Shown: positions 25,947 through 34,796 of the stretch, piece by piece
Position numbering within the stretch: the stretch's first letter is position 1
Layout: each line of letters opens with the position of its first letter
Virus record (IMG/VR): IMGVR_UViG_3300010279_000003
Coordinates: 1-44,407 of that record
From: a virus
Lineage: Duplodnaviria; Heunggongvirae; Uroviricota; Caudoviricetes
DNA: 44,407 bases
Reading direction: 5' to 3' (one strand)
Notes under the pieces: generated by a model
Seen by the model: the letters and a program-made list of their open reading frames with translations, nothing else
Told to the model about the DNA's origin: nothing
The model's database searches: none
Position numbers and translations under genes: made by a program

Positions 25947-26996
25947 ATGGCAATTACCACTATCGGCGATATCGTAACTGGCAACATCCCGGTCCTGGCG
26001 TCTTATATGACCGAGGACCCGGTAGAAAAAACCGCGTTCTTCCAGTCCGGTATTCTTACCCCTACTCCGTACGCCGCCGAGATTGCCCGCGGCCCGTCCA
26101 ACGTCGCTAACATTCCTTTCTGGAAAGCGATTGATACTTCTATCGAGCCTAACTACTCGAACGACGTATACCAGGACATCGCTACCCCGCGTAACGTGCA
26201 AACCGGCGAGATGATGGCGCGCGTTGCATACCTGAACGAAGGTTTTGGCCAGGCGGACCTGACTGTCGAACTGACCAGCCAGAACCCGCTGCAATCCGTA
26301 GCGTCCCGTCTGGATAACTTCTGGCAGCGCCAGGCGCAACGCCGTCTGATCGCTACCGCGCTCGGTCTGTACAATGACAACGTAGCCGCTACCGACGCAT
26401 ACCACGAGCAGAATGACATGGTTGTAGACGTGTCTGCTACTCTGGGCTTCGACGCAGGTGCGTTCATCGACGCCACCCAGACTATGGGTGATGCGCTGAT
26501 GGGCAACGGCGGAGAAGTGCTGGGTGCTATCGCGATGCACAGCTTCGTTTATGCGCAGGCCCGTAAGCAGCAGCTTATTGACTTCATCAAAGACGCCGAC
26601 AACGACACACTGTTCGCCACCTACCAGGGTTACCGCGTGATTGTTGACGACAGCATGACCGTAGTCGGCACCGGCTCTAGCCGTAAGTTCATCTCCATTA
26701 TCTTCGGTAACGGCGCTATCGGTTACGGTGAAGGTTCTCCGTCCAACCCGTTGGAATACGAGCGCGAAGCGTCTCGCGGCAACGGCGGTGGGGTAGAAAC
26801 CCTGTGGACCCGTAAGACCTGGTTGCTGCACCCACTGGGCTACAGCTTTACCAGCGCAGTAATCACCGGTAACGGCACCGAGACCGTCGCACGTTCTGCT
26901 TCATGGCAGGACCTGGCGAACGCCTCCAACTGGAACCGCGTTGTTGAGCGTAAGCATGTACCGATTGCCTTCCTGGTAACTGGTGTCGGTGCTTAA
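25947..26996 (+). CDS. Major capsid protein
   Basis: 349 aa after scaffold gene, followed by a strong terminator; assignment by position and size. Confidence 0.7.
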   Translation: MAITTIGDIVTGNIPVLASYMTEDPVEKTAFFQSGILTPTPYAAEIARGPSNVANIPFWKAIDTSIEPNYSNDVYQDIATPRNVQTGEMMARVAYLNEGFGQADLTVELTSQNPLQSVASRLDNFWQRQAQRRLIATALGLYNDNVAATDAYHEQNDMVVDVSATLGFDAGAFIDATQTMGDALMGNGGEVLGAIAMHSFVYAQARKQQLIDFIKDADNDTLFATYQGYRVIVDDSMTVVGTGSSRKFISIIFGNGAIGYGEGSPSNPLEYEREASRGNGGGVETLWTRKTWLLHPLGYSFTSAVITGNGTETVARSASWQDLANASNWNRVVERKHVPIAFLVTGVGA

Positions 26997-27012
26997 GGTT
27001 AAGCTATAATCG

Positions 27013-27040
27013 AGAGGGACTTCGGTCCCTCTTTTCATTT
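27013..27040 (+). terminator. Intrinsic terminator after the capsid gene
   Basis: Stem AGAGGGAC/GTCCCTCT, loop TTCG, T-rich tail. Confidence 0.7.
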
Positions 27041-27055
27041 ACTAAGAGGTAAATT

Positions 27056-27355
27056 ATGGCTAAGACTGGAAAAGGCTTGCCGCGCAGCCTTCAGAATGTC
27101 GATTTCGGCGACTTTGATATCCCTGTCGCACCTGCTACTACCAGCGTAGTTGGTGGGGTTAAAAAGTCAGCTACTGTGGATGCACCTGCGGCCGTTACCG
27201 CAGCCGCAGGGGAGCAGTCCGCTGCTGAACCGACTAAAGTCGAGTTCGACGCGCTTGTAGCGGAGTACAACAAACTCCTAACCGATGTTACCGCGCTGCG
27301 CACTACCGTAGCGAACCTGTTAACCGCGCTTAAAAACGCAGGAACTGTAAGCTAA
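27056..27355 (+). CDS. Hypothetical head-associated protein
   Basis: 99 aa, Ala-rich; AAGAGG RBS. Confidence 0.5.
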   Translation: MAKTGKGLPRSLQNVDFGDFDIPVAPATTSVVGGVKKSATVDAPAAVTAAAGEQSAAEPTKVEFDALVAEYNKLLTDVTALRTTVANLLTALKNAGTVS

Positions 27356-27367
27356 AGGAGATTAAAA

Positions 27368-27715
27368 ATGGTTGATGTAATTAAACGTCGTATTACCGGT
27401 GTTTCTGATGAAGACTCTGACGGTCAGGTTGAAATCGACATGGCAAACATCTCTCCAGCGTCTTTTTCTACCGCACTGAGCGCCACCACAGCAGTTACAG
27501 CCGGGCAGACTATGACACTGACCGTAGTTGTTACTGGTGGTCTGGAGCCGTATTCCTACCAGTGGTACAAGAACAACAACGCTATCGCCGGGGCAAACGC
27601 GGCTTCCTATGCGAAGGCGTCCACCACTACCGCCGATTCAGGTACGTATAAAGTGGTTGTTCACGACGTGTATGGTAATATTATCTCCAGCAGCACTAAA
27701 GTAACCGTGTCTTAA
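27368..27715 (+). CDS. Ig-like domain protein
   Basis: PYSYQWYKNNNAI...SGTYKVVVHDVYG pattern. Confidence 0.5.
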   Translation: MVDVIKRRITGVSDEDSDGQVEIDMANISPASFSTALSATTAVTAGQTMTLTVVVTGGLEPYSYQWYKNNNAIAGANAASYAKASTTTADSGTYKVVVHDVYGNIISSSTKVTVS

Positions 27716-27751
27716 TACAATGGCCCTTCGGGGCCGTAATAAGGAAAGGTC

Positions 27752-27931
27752 ATGACAGATAATTATGTAATCCGTGAAAAGTACACCCACGTCGATATTG
27801 TCGATGGCCAGGTAATGCCCGTCCGCGGTGTTGTGGAAGCGGATGCGCTGGATGCAGCACAACCGGACAACGAAGAAGCGCACAACAACGGCGGTGGCAC
27901 TAAGCGTCGTCGCCGTAAGTCAGAGGAATAA
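27752..27931 (+). CDS. Small hypothetical protein (~59 aa)
   Basis: Short ORF with AAGGAAAGG RBS. Confidence 0.35.
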   Translation: MTDNYVIREKYTHVDIVDGQVMPVRGVVEADALDAAQPDNEEAHNNGGGTKRRRRKSEE

Positions 27932-27934
27932 TTT

Positions 27935-28447
27935 ATGCCGCTAATCGTGGAAACTGGGGCAATCGTCCCGAATGCCGACAGTTACATTAGTCTGGCTGAC
28001 GCCCGCGCGTTAGCGGCTAATTATGGTCTTGAGTTACCCGCTGACGATACTGCCGCCGAAGTAGCCTTGCGCAACGGCGCTACTTATGTCGGGCTTGTAG
28101 AACCGCAGATGTGTGGTCGTCGTGTATCCGCGGAGCAGTCCCTGGCGTATCCTCGCACTGGTGTAACGTTGAATGGTTTTCCTGTAGCCAATAACGTAAT
28201 CCCTAAACAGGTAATTCTTGCGCAGGTAATCGCCGCTGCTACATATGGTGCCGGTACTGAGGTGCGGGCTAACTCTGATGGGCGTTCCGTGCAGACTGAG
28301 CGTGTCGAGGGTGCGGTAACAGTGACCTACTTCAACAACGGCAGCAGTGGTGCTACGACCGCGATTACCGCTGCAGACGACGCCTTACGCCCGTTACTGT
28401 GCGGTGGTCTTAACAATGGCTTCTCGTTTAATGTGTACCGGGGTTAA
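27935..28447 (+). CDS. Hypothetical structural protein (possible head-tail connector)
   Basis: 170 aa; position in head-to-tail joining region. Confidence 0.45.
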   Translation: MPLIVETGAIVPNADSYISLADARALAANYGLELPADDTAAEVALRNGATYVGLVEPQMCGRRVSAEQSLAYPRTGVTLNGFPVANNVIPKQVILAQVIAAATYGAGTEVRANSDGRSVQTERVEGAVTVTYFNNGSSGATTAITAADDALRPLLCGGLNNGFSFNVYRG

Positions 28448-28449
28448 AA

Positions 28450-29064
28450 ATGGCGAAGACTAAATCTGAGATATTTACCCTTATAGGGCAGGAGTTACCC
28501 GACAACACGACGGGGCTTATCACTCCGGCCAAGCTGCGCGGTGTTCTTACGCAGATGGCTGACTCACCTATTTACGCCACTCCTGGCGTTAAAGAGGTTG
28601 AAGTTCTCCGTGCCGCGTCTACCGTAACACAAGCGCCTACCGCGGTAGATACGGCATTGCAGTTAACTTTCGGTCCCGCGCAGGGTAGCGCATCTGACCC
28701 GGTAATGATTAATGCAGCGGGTCTGGTTACGTTCAACACTGCAGGCAACTACGCCGTTCGCATCAAGTTACAGGCGGGGCGCACTGGAGCGAGCGGGACG
28801 TCCGTCCTGTTATCGCGCATTCTTCTTAACGGCGCACAGTACGCCTCGCCAGCAGCTACTAAACTGGTAAGTGCTGATACTACAATCCCGATTGAATCTC
28901 GCGTCGTTATTAACACAACCGCAGGCCAGACGTTTGCTGTTCAGATTATGCGGGATAGTGCCGGGACCAACTTCGGCGGCGTATATCTGCAAGTTGCTAC
29001 CGTAACCGCATGGGGTACAGCACCATCCGCATTACTGGTTATTTCGAGACTGGAGGCCGCCTGA
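28450..29064 (+). CDS. Hypothetical structural protein
   Basis: 204-aa ORF. Confidence 0.5.
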   Translation: MAKTKSEIFTLIGQELPDNTTGLITPAKLRGVLTQMADSPIYATPGVKEVEVLRAASTVTQAPTAVDTALQLTFGPAQGSASDPVMINAAGLVTFNTAGNYAVRIKLQAGRTGASGTSVLLSRILLNGAQYASPAATKLVSADTTIPIESRVVINTTAGQTFAVQIMRDSAGTNFGGVYLQVATVTAWGTAPSALLVISRLEAA

Positions 29065-29158
29065 TGAATAAGTTCACATGTGGTGTAGTTTTTGGTTTTC
29101 TTACCGCGGTAGTCTTGCACAGTTACGGTGTTCTTTTGACGCTGCAAGAGGTGCTAAA

Positions 29159-29518
29159 ATGAGCACCGCTTTCAGTAAACGTATGCAAGGCGTCGGTACA
29201 CGCCTGCTAACCAAATTCGGTAGCACGGTATCTCTTGTTCGCGCTGGCTCGAAAGTGTGGGATGAAGTTCTCGGTGAGTATGTCCGGTCCGCGGATGAAG
29301 TGCTGCCGTTGAAAGCTGTTCCGGTTCCTGTTAACGCAGGACTGGTGAACGGTACGACGATTCAGGCGGGCGACATGATTGTTAAAGCCGATTGCAGCGT
29401 CGTTCCGAAGATGGAAGACAAGGTACAATTCGGCGGCGAGCAATGGTCTGTCGTAGGTATCGAGAAGAAGATGGTTAACGATGATGTCGTGGCGTATTTT
29501 ATTCAGGTGAGAAAATGA
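29159..29518 (+). CDS. Putative head-tail joining protein
   Basis: ATG 29159 with GAGGTG RBS inside ORF-track ORF 29078..29518. Confidence 0.45.
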   Translation: MSTAFSKRMQGVGTRLLTKFGSTVSLVRAGSKVWDEVLGEYVRSADEVLPLKAVPVPVNAGLVNGTTIQAGDMIVKADCSVVPKMEDKVQFGGEQWSVVGIEKKMVNDDVVAYFIQVRK

Positions 29519-29910
29519 GTTTCGCGCTTGATGTCTCTAAGTTCGTGGAAAAGGCGAAGAAGAATCCTGAGAAGGTGATGCGTCAGGTGTCTATTAAGCT
29601 GTTTTCCGCTATCATAAAGGCGAGTCCGGTAGATACAGGCCGCTTTCGTATGAACTGGATGGCATCTGGCGGTACTCCTGCTTCCGGGGTTACAGATGCT
29701 ACGGATAAATCAGGAAACACGGCAACCGGAAACGCTACGAGTTTCATACTGAAAGCCGCCGACTGGCGCGAGTTCACGCTGACAAATAACCTGCCGTATG
29801 CACAACGGCTGGAGTATGGCTGGTCACAACAGGCTCCCGCCGGGATGGTCAGGACTAACGTGTCTCGCTTCCAGCAACTAATTAACGAAGAAGCCAACAA
29901 GGTGAAATGA
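29515..29910 (+). CDS. Tail completion protein (HK97 gp10-like)
   Basis: PVDTGRFRMNW motif. Confidence 0.55.
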   Translation: MSFALDVSKFVEKAKKNPEKVMRQVSIKLFSAIIKASPVDTGRFRMNWMASGGTPASGVTDATDKSGNTATGNATSFILKAADWREFTLTNNLPYAQRLEYGWSQQAPAGMVRTNVSRFQQLINEEANKVK

Positions 29911-30323
29911 TGGGCTACTTTGAGGACTTAACAAAAGCGTTCGACGTGCCGCTGGTAGCCTTCGGAACCGCCAACGGCATCAAGGTTGCGCTTGAAAACA
30001 TCGACGCGCCGACGTCAACCGATACGCCGTATCTGGCAAGTTACATGTTACTTGCGGATACAGAACAGGCGGATTTGTTCTTCACAGAACAACGCTCAGG
30101 TGTTTATCAGGTCGACATTAACTACGCATCGGTGAAAGGTAGCGCGCCAATCAATAAAATGGCAGACTTACTTAACACGGCATTTAAAGCAGGTAAGTCA
30201 TTTTCACGTAACGACATCTGCGCCGAGGTTCAATCGGTAAGCCTGGGGCCGCTGATTGTAGAAAACGGATGGGCCAAACGACCATTGTCAATTAACTTTA
30301 TTGCATTCACCAAGAGGCTGTAA
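29907..30323 (+). CDS. Putative tail terminator protein
   Basis: 138 aa immediately upstream of major tail gene. Confidence 0.45.
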   Translation: MMGYFEDLTKAFDVPLVAFGTANGIKVALENIDAPTSTDTPYLASYMLLADTEQADLFFTEQRSGVYQVDINYASVKGSAPINKMADLLNTAFKAGKSFSRNDICAEVQSVSLGPLIVENGWAKRPLSINFIAFTKRL

Positions 30324-30325
30324 AT

Positions 30326-31492
30326 ATGGCTACAACTCCTTTTAAGGGCGCGAATACAGCGCAATTCTATGTGGCGGAAGTGACCCCGGGCGTAACCCCA
30401 GACAACCCTGTCTGGTCGCCGCTGCGCAATACGGGCGGTGTTCCTGCGGTAACCCGCGATGCGCTGACCTCCAACGAACTCGACGGCAGCCGAGAAACTA
30501 CATCCATCCGAACCGGCAACAAACAGGTTAGCGGGGAGTACGCCATCGAACTTAGCTCCCGTAGCCAGGATGATTTCCTCGCGGGTGCTATGACTTCTAC
30601 GTGGCAAGTTGGGGTAGAGATTACGGGTGCAGAAATTAAGGTCGCTCCAGCAGGTAAAACATTCACCCGCGCTGCTGGTAGCTTCATTACTGACGGTGTA
30701 GAAGTTGGCGACCTGATTGCGTTCACCGACTTAACCGGCGACAACGCAAAACCGTTTATCGTGACCGAGGTTTCTGCTCTTGTAGTTACGGGTTCTGGCA
30801 TTCAACACACGCTGACAGCAGAGACTGTAACCACCGACGCTAAAACTGGCGATAAACTGGAAACCGGTAACGCGTGTAAGACGTTCTCCATCCTGACATG
30901 GTTCAAAGGACAGTGCGGGAACCCTGACGCGTACATGTTAACCAAAGGCGTGGAAATCTCCGGTTTCACCATTGAACAGGCCGTAAACGCGATGGTGACA
31001 GGCAGCTTCCCGTTCATCGGCCTGAGTCAGGAGATTCTTTCCGGGCCGCCGGCAGGTTCCGACTTCTCTCAGGTCACATTCACTGACGAGCCGTTCTCAT
31101 CCGTAGATGTGTCTGTGTTCGACGGTTCTACGCCGTTGCGTTGCGATACTCTGACCATCACCAACGACAACGGTGCTTCCGCGCAGTTTGAACTTGGCAA
31201 CAGTAGCGTCGCGTTCGTGGAACGCGGCCGCGCAGCTAACACATTCTCCATCTCCGGCAAGCTGTACGACATGGCGATGATTCAGAAGTTTATCAACGAA
31301 CAGCAGGTAGAGATTAACTCTATTCTGGCGGGGGTAAACGGGGCTATGTCTTTCAGTTTGAAACGTGCCGAGTTGACCGCAGTTACGCCAGAGATTGGCG
31401 GGCCTGAGTCAATCACTCAGAGCATAGAAGGACAGTCCACAGGCAATCAATATCAATCTTCTATTGTAATACAGCGTATTAGCTACGCGTAA
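30326..31492 (+). CDS. Major tail protein
   Basis: 388 aa, Thr/Gly-rich, followed by terminator; assignment by position. Confidence 0.6.
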   Translation: MATTPFKGANTAQFYVAEVTPGVTPDNPVWSPLRNTGGVPAVTRDALTSNELDGSRETTSIRTGNKQVSGEYAIELSSRSQDDFLAGAMTSTWQVGVEITGAEIKVAPAGKTFTRAAGSFITDGVEVGDLIAFTDLTGDNAKPFIVTEVSALVVTGSGIQHTLTAETVTTDAKTGDKLETGNACKTFSILTWFKGQCGNPDAYMLTKGVEISGFTIEQAVNAMVTGSFPFIGLSQEILSGPPAGSDFSQVTFTDEPFSSVDVSVFDGSTPLRCDTLTITNDNGASAQFELGNSSVAFVERGRAANTFSISGKLYDMAMIQKFINEQQVEINSILAGVNGAMSFSLKRAELTAVTPEIGGPESITQSIEGQSTGNQYQSSIVIQRISYA

Positions 31493-31496
31493 GGAA

Positions 31497-31523
31497 AAGG
31501 CCCCGAAAGGGGCCTTACTATTT
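31497..31523. terminator. Bidirectional intrinsic terminator
   Basis: Stem AAGGCCCC/GGGGCCTT, loop GAAA; T-rich on the minus side. Confidence 0.6.
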
Positions 31524-31582
31524 ACCGTGGTTCTCGTGGAACCCTAAATCTCTTTCAGCAACTCTCCTCGCAGCAACTGCAT

Positions 31583-32014
31583 CTAGTAGCGTTTTAAAGC
31601 ATCCGATGTGTGTGTTTTTACGTTATTGTTGAATATCTGTGCATACCACAACCTTTCTTTCGCGTTCCAGTAAACCCCGGTTACTCCTGATTTATTATTA
31701 CGCTGTTTTGACATATTTTTATGATTTTCCGCATTGGACTTTTTAGCTAAGTTAAGCGGTCTATTGTTTATTCGGTTATGGTCTAGATGGTCTATTTGAT
31801 CTGACGAGGTTAGCTTATCGTTAGGATTATTTAAGTCCCAAGCTATACGGTGCGCCGCGTGCCATTTACCCCTGAAAAATATCCTTCTATACCCGTCTCG
31901 CTGTACAGTACCTGCCTCCTCTCCAGCCTTAGCCCTCCCAGACCGTGTTACTCTGTTAAATATCCTTCCTGAAATTAAGTCGTATATGAAAAATTCATTC
32001 CAGTCCATAATCAT
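31583..32014 (-). CDS. HNH homing endonuclease with AP2 domain
   Basis: SDQIDHLDHNRINNRPLNL (HNH_3-like) and GVTGVYWNAKERLWYAQI (AP2-like). Confidence 0.75.
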   Translation of the reverse strand: MIMDWNEFFIYDLISGRIFNRVTRSGRAKAGEEAGTVQRDGYRRIFFRGKWHAAHRIAWDLNNPNDKLTSSDQIDHLDHNRINNRPLNLAKKSNAENHKNMSKQRNNKSGVTGVYWNAKERLWYAQIFNNNVKTHTSDALKRY

Positions 32015-32027
32015 CTCCTGTTGCGAT

Positions 32028-32055
32028 AAGGCCCCTTTCGGGGCCTTTTTCTTTA
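32028..32055 (+). terminator. Hairpin with T-tail in plus orientation, inside the minus-strand accessory operon
   Basis: Stem AAGGCCCC/GGGGCCTT, loop TTTC, then TTTCTTT. Confidence 0.45.
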
Positions 32056-32283
32056 CTCATCAATATTATCCCTGTACTCCCGTAACTTCTCCAGACTTTC
32101 AATTGCTTCTGCTAAGTCGGTTCCGGTGTCCTTGTGTCCGCGAAGGCCCATACACAACAGCTTCTTCAATGCGTGCTGTAGCGCCGGGTCCCGGATATCG
32201 AAGGCGCGGAGCACATCATAAACATCTACTGTCATAGTGCTGCCGTGGGTATTTGTCATTGTGCGGTTGTATTTATTTGTCAC
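32053..32283 (-). CDS. Hypothetical protein
   Basis: 76-aa ORF in operon. Confidence 0.5.
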   Translation of the reverse strand: MTNKYNRTMTNTHGSTMTVDVYDVLRAFDIRDPALQHALKKLLCMGLRGHKDTGTDLAEAIESLEKLREYRDNIDE

Positions 32284-32473
32284 TGTTAACTCTCTTAAAT
32301 CGGGCTATGCCTGACTCGTTAATGCTGCCTATTTCAAAGAAGCTGCGATATTTAGGCGAATACATTCTTACGTCGCCGTTCTCTAGGGTGACCCCTTCAT
32401 ATACCGCACCTACTTCGAATCCATTTTTCTCCGCGTACGGACTCACATCGGTGCATTCATACATATCTTTCAT
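32273..32473 (-). CDS. Hypothetical protein
   Basis: 66-aa ORF in operon. Confidence 0.5.
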   Translation of the reverse strand: MKDMYECTDVSPYAEKNGFEVGAVYEGVTLENGDVRMYSPKYRSFFEIGSINESGIARFKRVNSDK

Positions 32474-33600
32474 CCCAGCATCTCCGGTGAAATAGTTAAA
32501 CGTGCGACCTCGCCATATTCGGCGCTATAAGTAATTACGTTTGCACTACGGCCCGACATCCATCCGCCGCGGGAGGCGTAGGCGTCTTTGGCCGCTAAGG
32601 TGCGGTGTTGCTCAACAATCATGTTACGGCTTTCTACAATCTTCTGGTGGTGCAGGTGGCCTACGTGGGCGTAGCTGTAAACACTCTCACCGAACGCTTT
32701 GCGGAACTTGGCAATCATAACCGGTTCAATAGCGTCGAATCGTGCTTTATGCCCGTGATGGAAGAACAGCGTAGTTTTGCCGTGTTGCACCATCTTGTAA
32801 ACATCCGGCGACGTATCGACAATCACTCGGCTGTCGTTTGAGTATAAAACCGTGAACATTTCGGCAAGCCATACGGAGCCGACAGGGTCGTGATTTCCTT
32901 GCACGATAAGCAAGCGAACATTTTTGTGCTTAACCAGCGCCATATCAACGACACGGCGTACCATACGAATCATGTAGCGTACAAGTTTCTGATAGCGGGT
33001 GTCCGCATCAAGAACATGGCGCGACTCTGGCGTAACGGCATCCAGGCTATCGAAGTGCGCGAAGTCTCCTAGCAGATTAATAACACCCGTTCCTGCGTCA
33101 GGCGCTTTCTGGAATGCTGCATCGAACCATCGAGAGAACAGGTCTTCCGCGATTTTCATATCCCAGTCGTCGCCGCTCTCGTCCGCCCATGCCAGCATAC
33201 CGAGATGAAAATCAGATACCGTGTAAAGATTGAGTAGCTTGTCGTCACGTTTGGCGCGTGCCACTTTAACAGGCGCAACGGGGGTAATCTCTGACTTCAT
33301 GCCTTCGATTACGGCCTTCATTAACTCGACCTGACGTTCTGCGTCAGTGTCGGTCTTAACCCATTGCAGTTTAGTGTTGCCGAACTCGTCCACCAGAGAC
33401 GACGTACCTTTAATCTTGTAGCCGTCAGGCACAAGGTGACTAACGTCGCGACCGTGGCCTACACCTTTCTTAGCCAGCTTCGCTTTACGGATACGGATAA
33501 CGCGGTCTGAGATTCCGTACTTACGTGCGATATCAATAATTTTTGTTCCGGCGTTCAATTCTTCCCGTAACTGTTCGTCGGTTATTTTCTTATGAGCCAT
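32470..33600 (-). CDS. HTH-domain protein fused to a calcineurin-like metallophosphoesterase (SbcD/Mre11-like motifs)
   Basis: N-terminal HTH (IIDIARKYGISDRVIRIRKAK); MPP motifs SDFHLG, GDFAHFD, GNHD, GHLHH. Confidence 0.7.
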   Translation of the reverse strand: MAHKKITDEQLREELNAGTKIIDIARKYGISDRVIRIRKAKLAKKGVGHGRDVSHLVPDGYKIKGTSSLVDEFGNTKLQWVKTDTDAERQVELMKAVIEGMKSEITPVAPVKVARAKRDDKLLNLYTVSDFHLGMLAWADESGDDWDMKIAEDLFSRWFDAAFQKAPDAGTGVINLLGDFAHFDSLDAVTPESRHVLDADTRYQKLVRYMIRMVRRVVDMALVKHKNVRLLIVQGNHDPVGSVWLAEMFTVLYSNDSRVIVDTSPDVYKMVQHGKTTLFFHHGHKARFDAIEPVMIAKFRKAFGESVYSYAHVGHLHHQKIVESRNMIVEQHRTLAAKDAYASRGGWMSGRSANVITYSAEYGEVARLTISPEMLG

Positions 33601-33639
33601 GCTTTACTTCCTCGTGTTTAGGATTTGTCCTATACTAGC

Positions 33640-33831
33640 TCACTTCTCTTTGACATTCGAGTTGCACGCCCAGATTAAAATAAATACCCACGGCAGCAGA
33701 ACCCAACCGAGAAACAGATTAGCCATGAATATCGCTAATTTAGCTTTATGGTTGCGCATATGCGCCACGAGAAATGGGATAAAATAAACTAAAACGATAA
33801 TGATTAAGAAGAACATAGTAATACCTGTCAT
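33640..33831 (-). CDS. Small membrane protein resembling the superinfection-immunity (Imm) family
   Basis: AIFMANLFLGW...W...LIWA pattern; family recalled from memory. Confidence 0.55.
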   Translation of the reverse strand: MTGITMFFLIIIVLVYFIPFLVAHMRNHKAKLAIFMANLFLGWVLLPWVFILIWACNSNVKEK

Positions 33832-33872
33832 GGGGTAGCTCCTGTTTGAGTTAACATTGTTGGTGTAAGTGA

Positions 33873-33901
33873 ATAGTATCCTATTATGTTGGGGTGTGCA
33901 A
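33873..33901 (-). promoter_or_regulatory. Sigma70-like promoter, class B (TTGCAC-N17-TACTAT) driving the accessory operon
   Basis: Read on minus strand; spacer ACCCCAACATAATAGGA. Confidence 0.6.
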
Positions 33902-33968
33902 GTAATGTGTTAGAATTATTTTGCGCCTAGTGTCGCACACGAAAAGCGGGTGGTTCCCGTCTGGCGCA

Positions 33969-34001
33969 TTAACCTTAACCTTAACCAGTAACCTCTTAAC
34001 C
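33969..34001. repeat. Tandem TTAACC hexamers (three contiguous plus a fourth copy)
   Basis: TTAACCTTAACCTTAACCAGTAACCTCTTAACC read directly. Confidence 0.7.
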
Positions 34002-34014
34002 AAAGGATTAAAGA

Positions 34015-34431
34015 ATGAAACTTTCTGATTTTTATTACGAAGCTGAGGCAGAAAAAGGCGCCCGTATGCCAATACCACTGAAAGACGGCACCGATTCAGG
34101 GGAGTGGCTGAACGTTGTTTCACCGGAGGCAGACGTTGCCGTTAAAGCTATGAGGGCGTTTACACTTGCGTACCGCGCGGCATTAGGTAAATTGAAACCG
34201 CTTCGTGATAAATGCGAGGAACTGAAAGATTTCTCGGAATACAATATTAAGATGGAAGACGCCGCGACGGACCTTAACCGCCAGTTAGCACTTGAACTGG
34301 TTAACGGTTGGAGTCTCGACGATGAATTTAATAAAGAGAACCTGAACACTCTTTTCTCACAATATAAACGCCTCGCTGAACACGTTGTTGTTTTCCACAA
34401 CGAACAGCTTCACCAATTGCAGGAAAAGTAG
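34015..34431 (+). CDS. Tail assembly chaperone (G-like)
   Basis: 138 aa directly upstream of tape measure gene. Confidence 0.55.
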   Translation: MKLSDFYYEAEAEKGARMPIPLKDGTDSGEWLNVVSPEADVAVKAMRAFTLAYRAALGKLKPLRDKCEELKDFSEYNIKMEDAATDLNRQLALELVNGWSLDDEFNKENLNTLFSQYKRLAEHVVVFHNEQLHQLQEK

Positions 34432-34436
34432 ACGCG

Positions 34437-34796
34437 TTGCTCCAGTTTGCCCGTTGGAACTTCATAACCCGCCACAAACGGCGGGAGTTTGACAGCATTG
34501 CCGACGGACATAAAGCCGCGCTAATTGCTATGGGGGTTATGCAAGACGCGCCGGAAGCAACGCAGGATACCGGGCCAGAATGCCCCCCTGAGCTATTAAC
34601 CACCTTCGAGAAGTACCGGGAAATCAAATTTACCCGCCGAGTGGATGACGACGGCATCAAGATGTACCCGCGCGAACAGTTAAGATGGTCGGATTTAGTG
34701 GCATACAGCACCGTTTCGGGCCAGAATATAGACATGTTTGAATCTGACATCATCATGAGCTTAGACGCTATTTTCGAGGGCAGAAACGATGGCTGA
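34437..34796 (+). CDS. Second tail assembly chaperone ORF (T-like), in the -1 frame relative to the G-like ORF
   Basis: Frame is open from 34380, overlapping the end of the G-like ORF; may be expressed as a frameshift fusion. Confidence 0.45.
   Translation: MLQFARWNFITRHKRREFDSIADGHKAALIAMGVMQDAPEATQDTGPECPPELLTTFEKYREIKFTRRVDDDGIKMYPREQLRWSDLVAYSTVSGQNIDMFESDIIMSLDAIFEGRNDG

Noticed and set aside
25449-26831. 460-aa minus-strand ORF
   Set aside because: Fully antisense to the scaffold and capsid genes, no promoter or RBS context, Arg/Ala-rich composition typical of antisense frames
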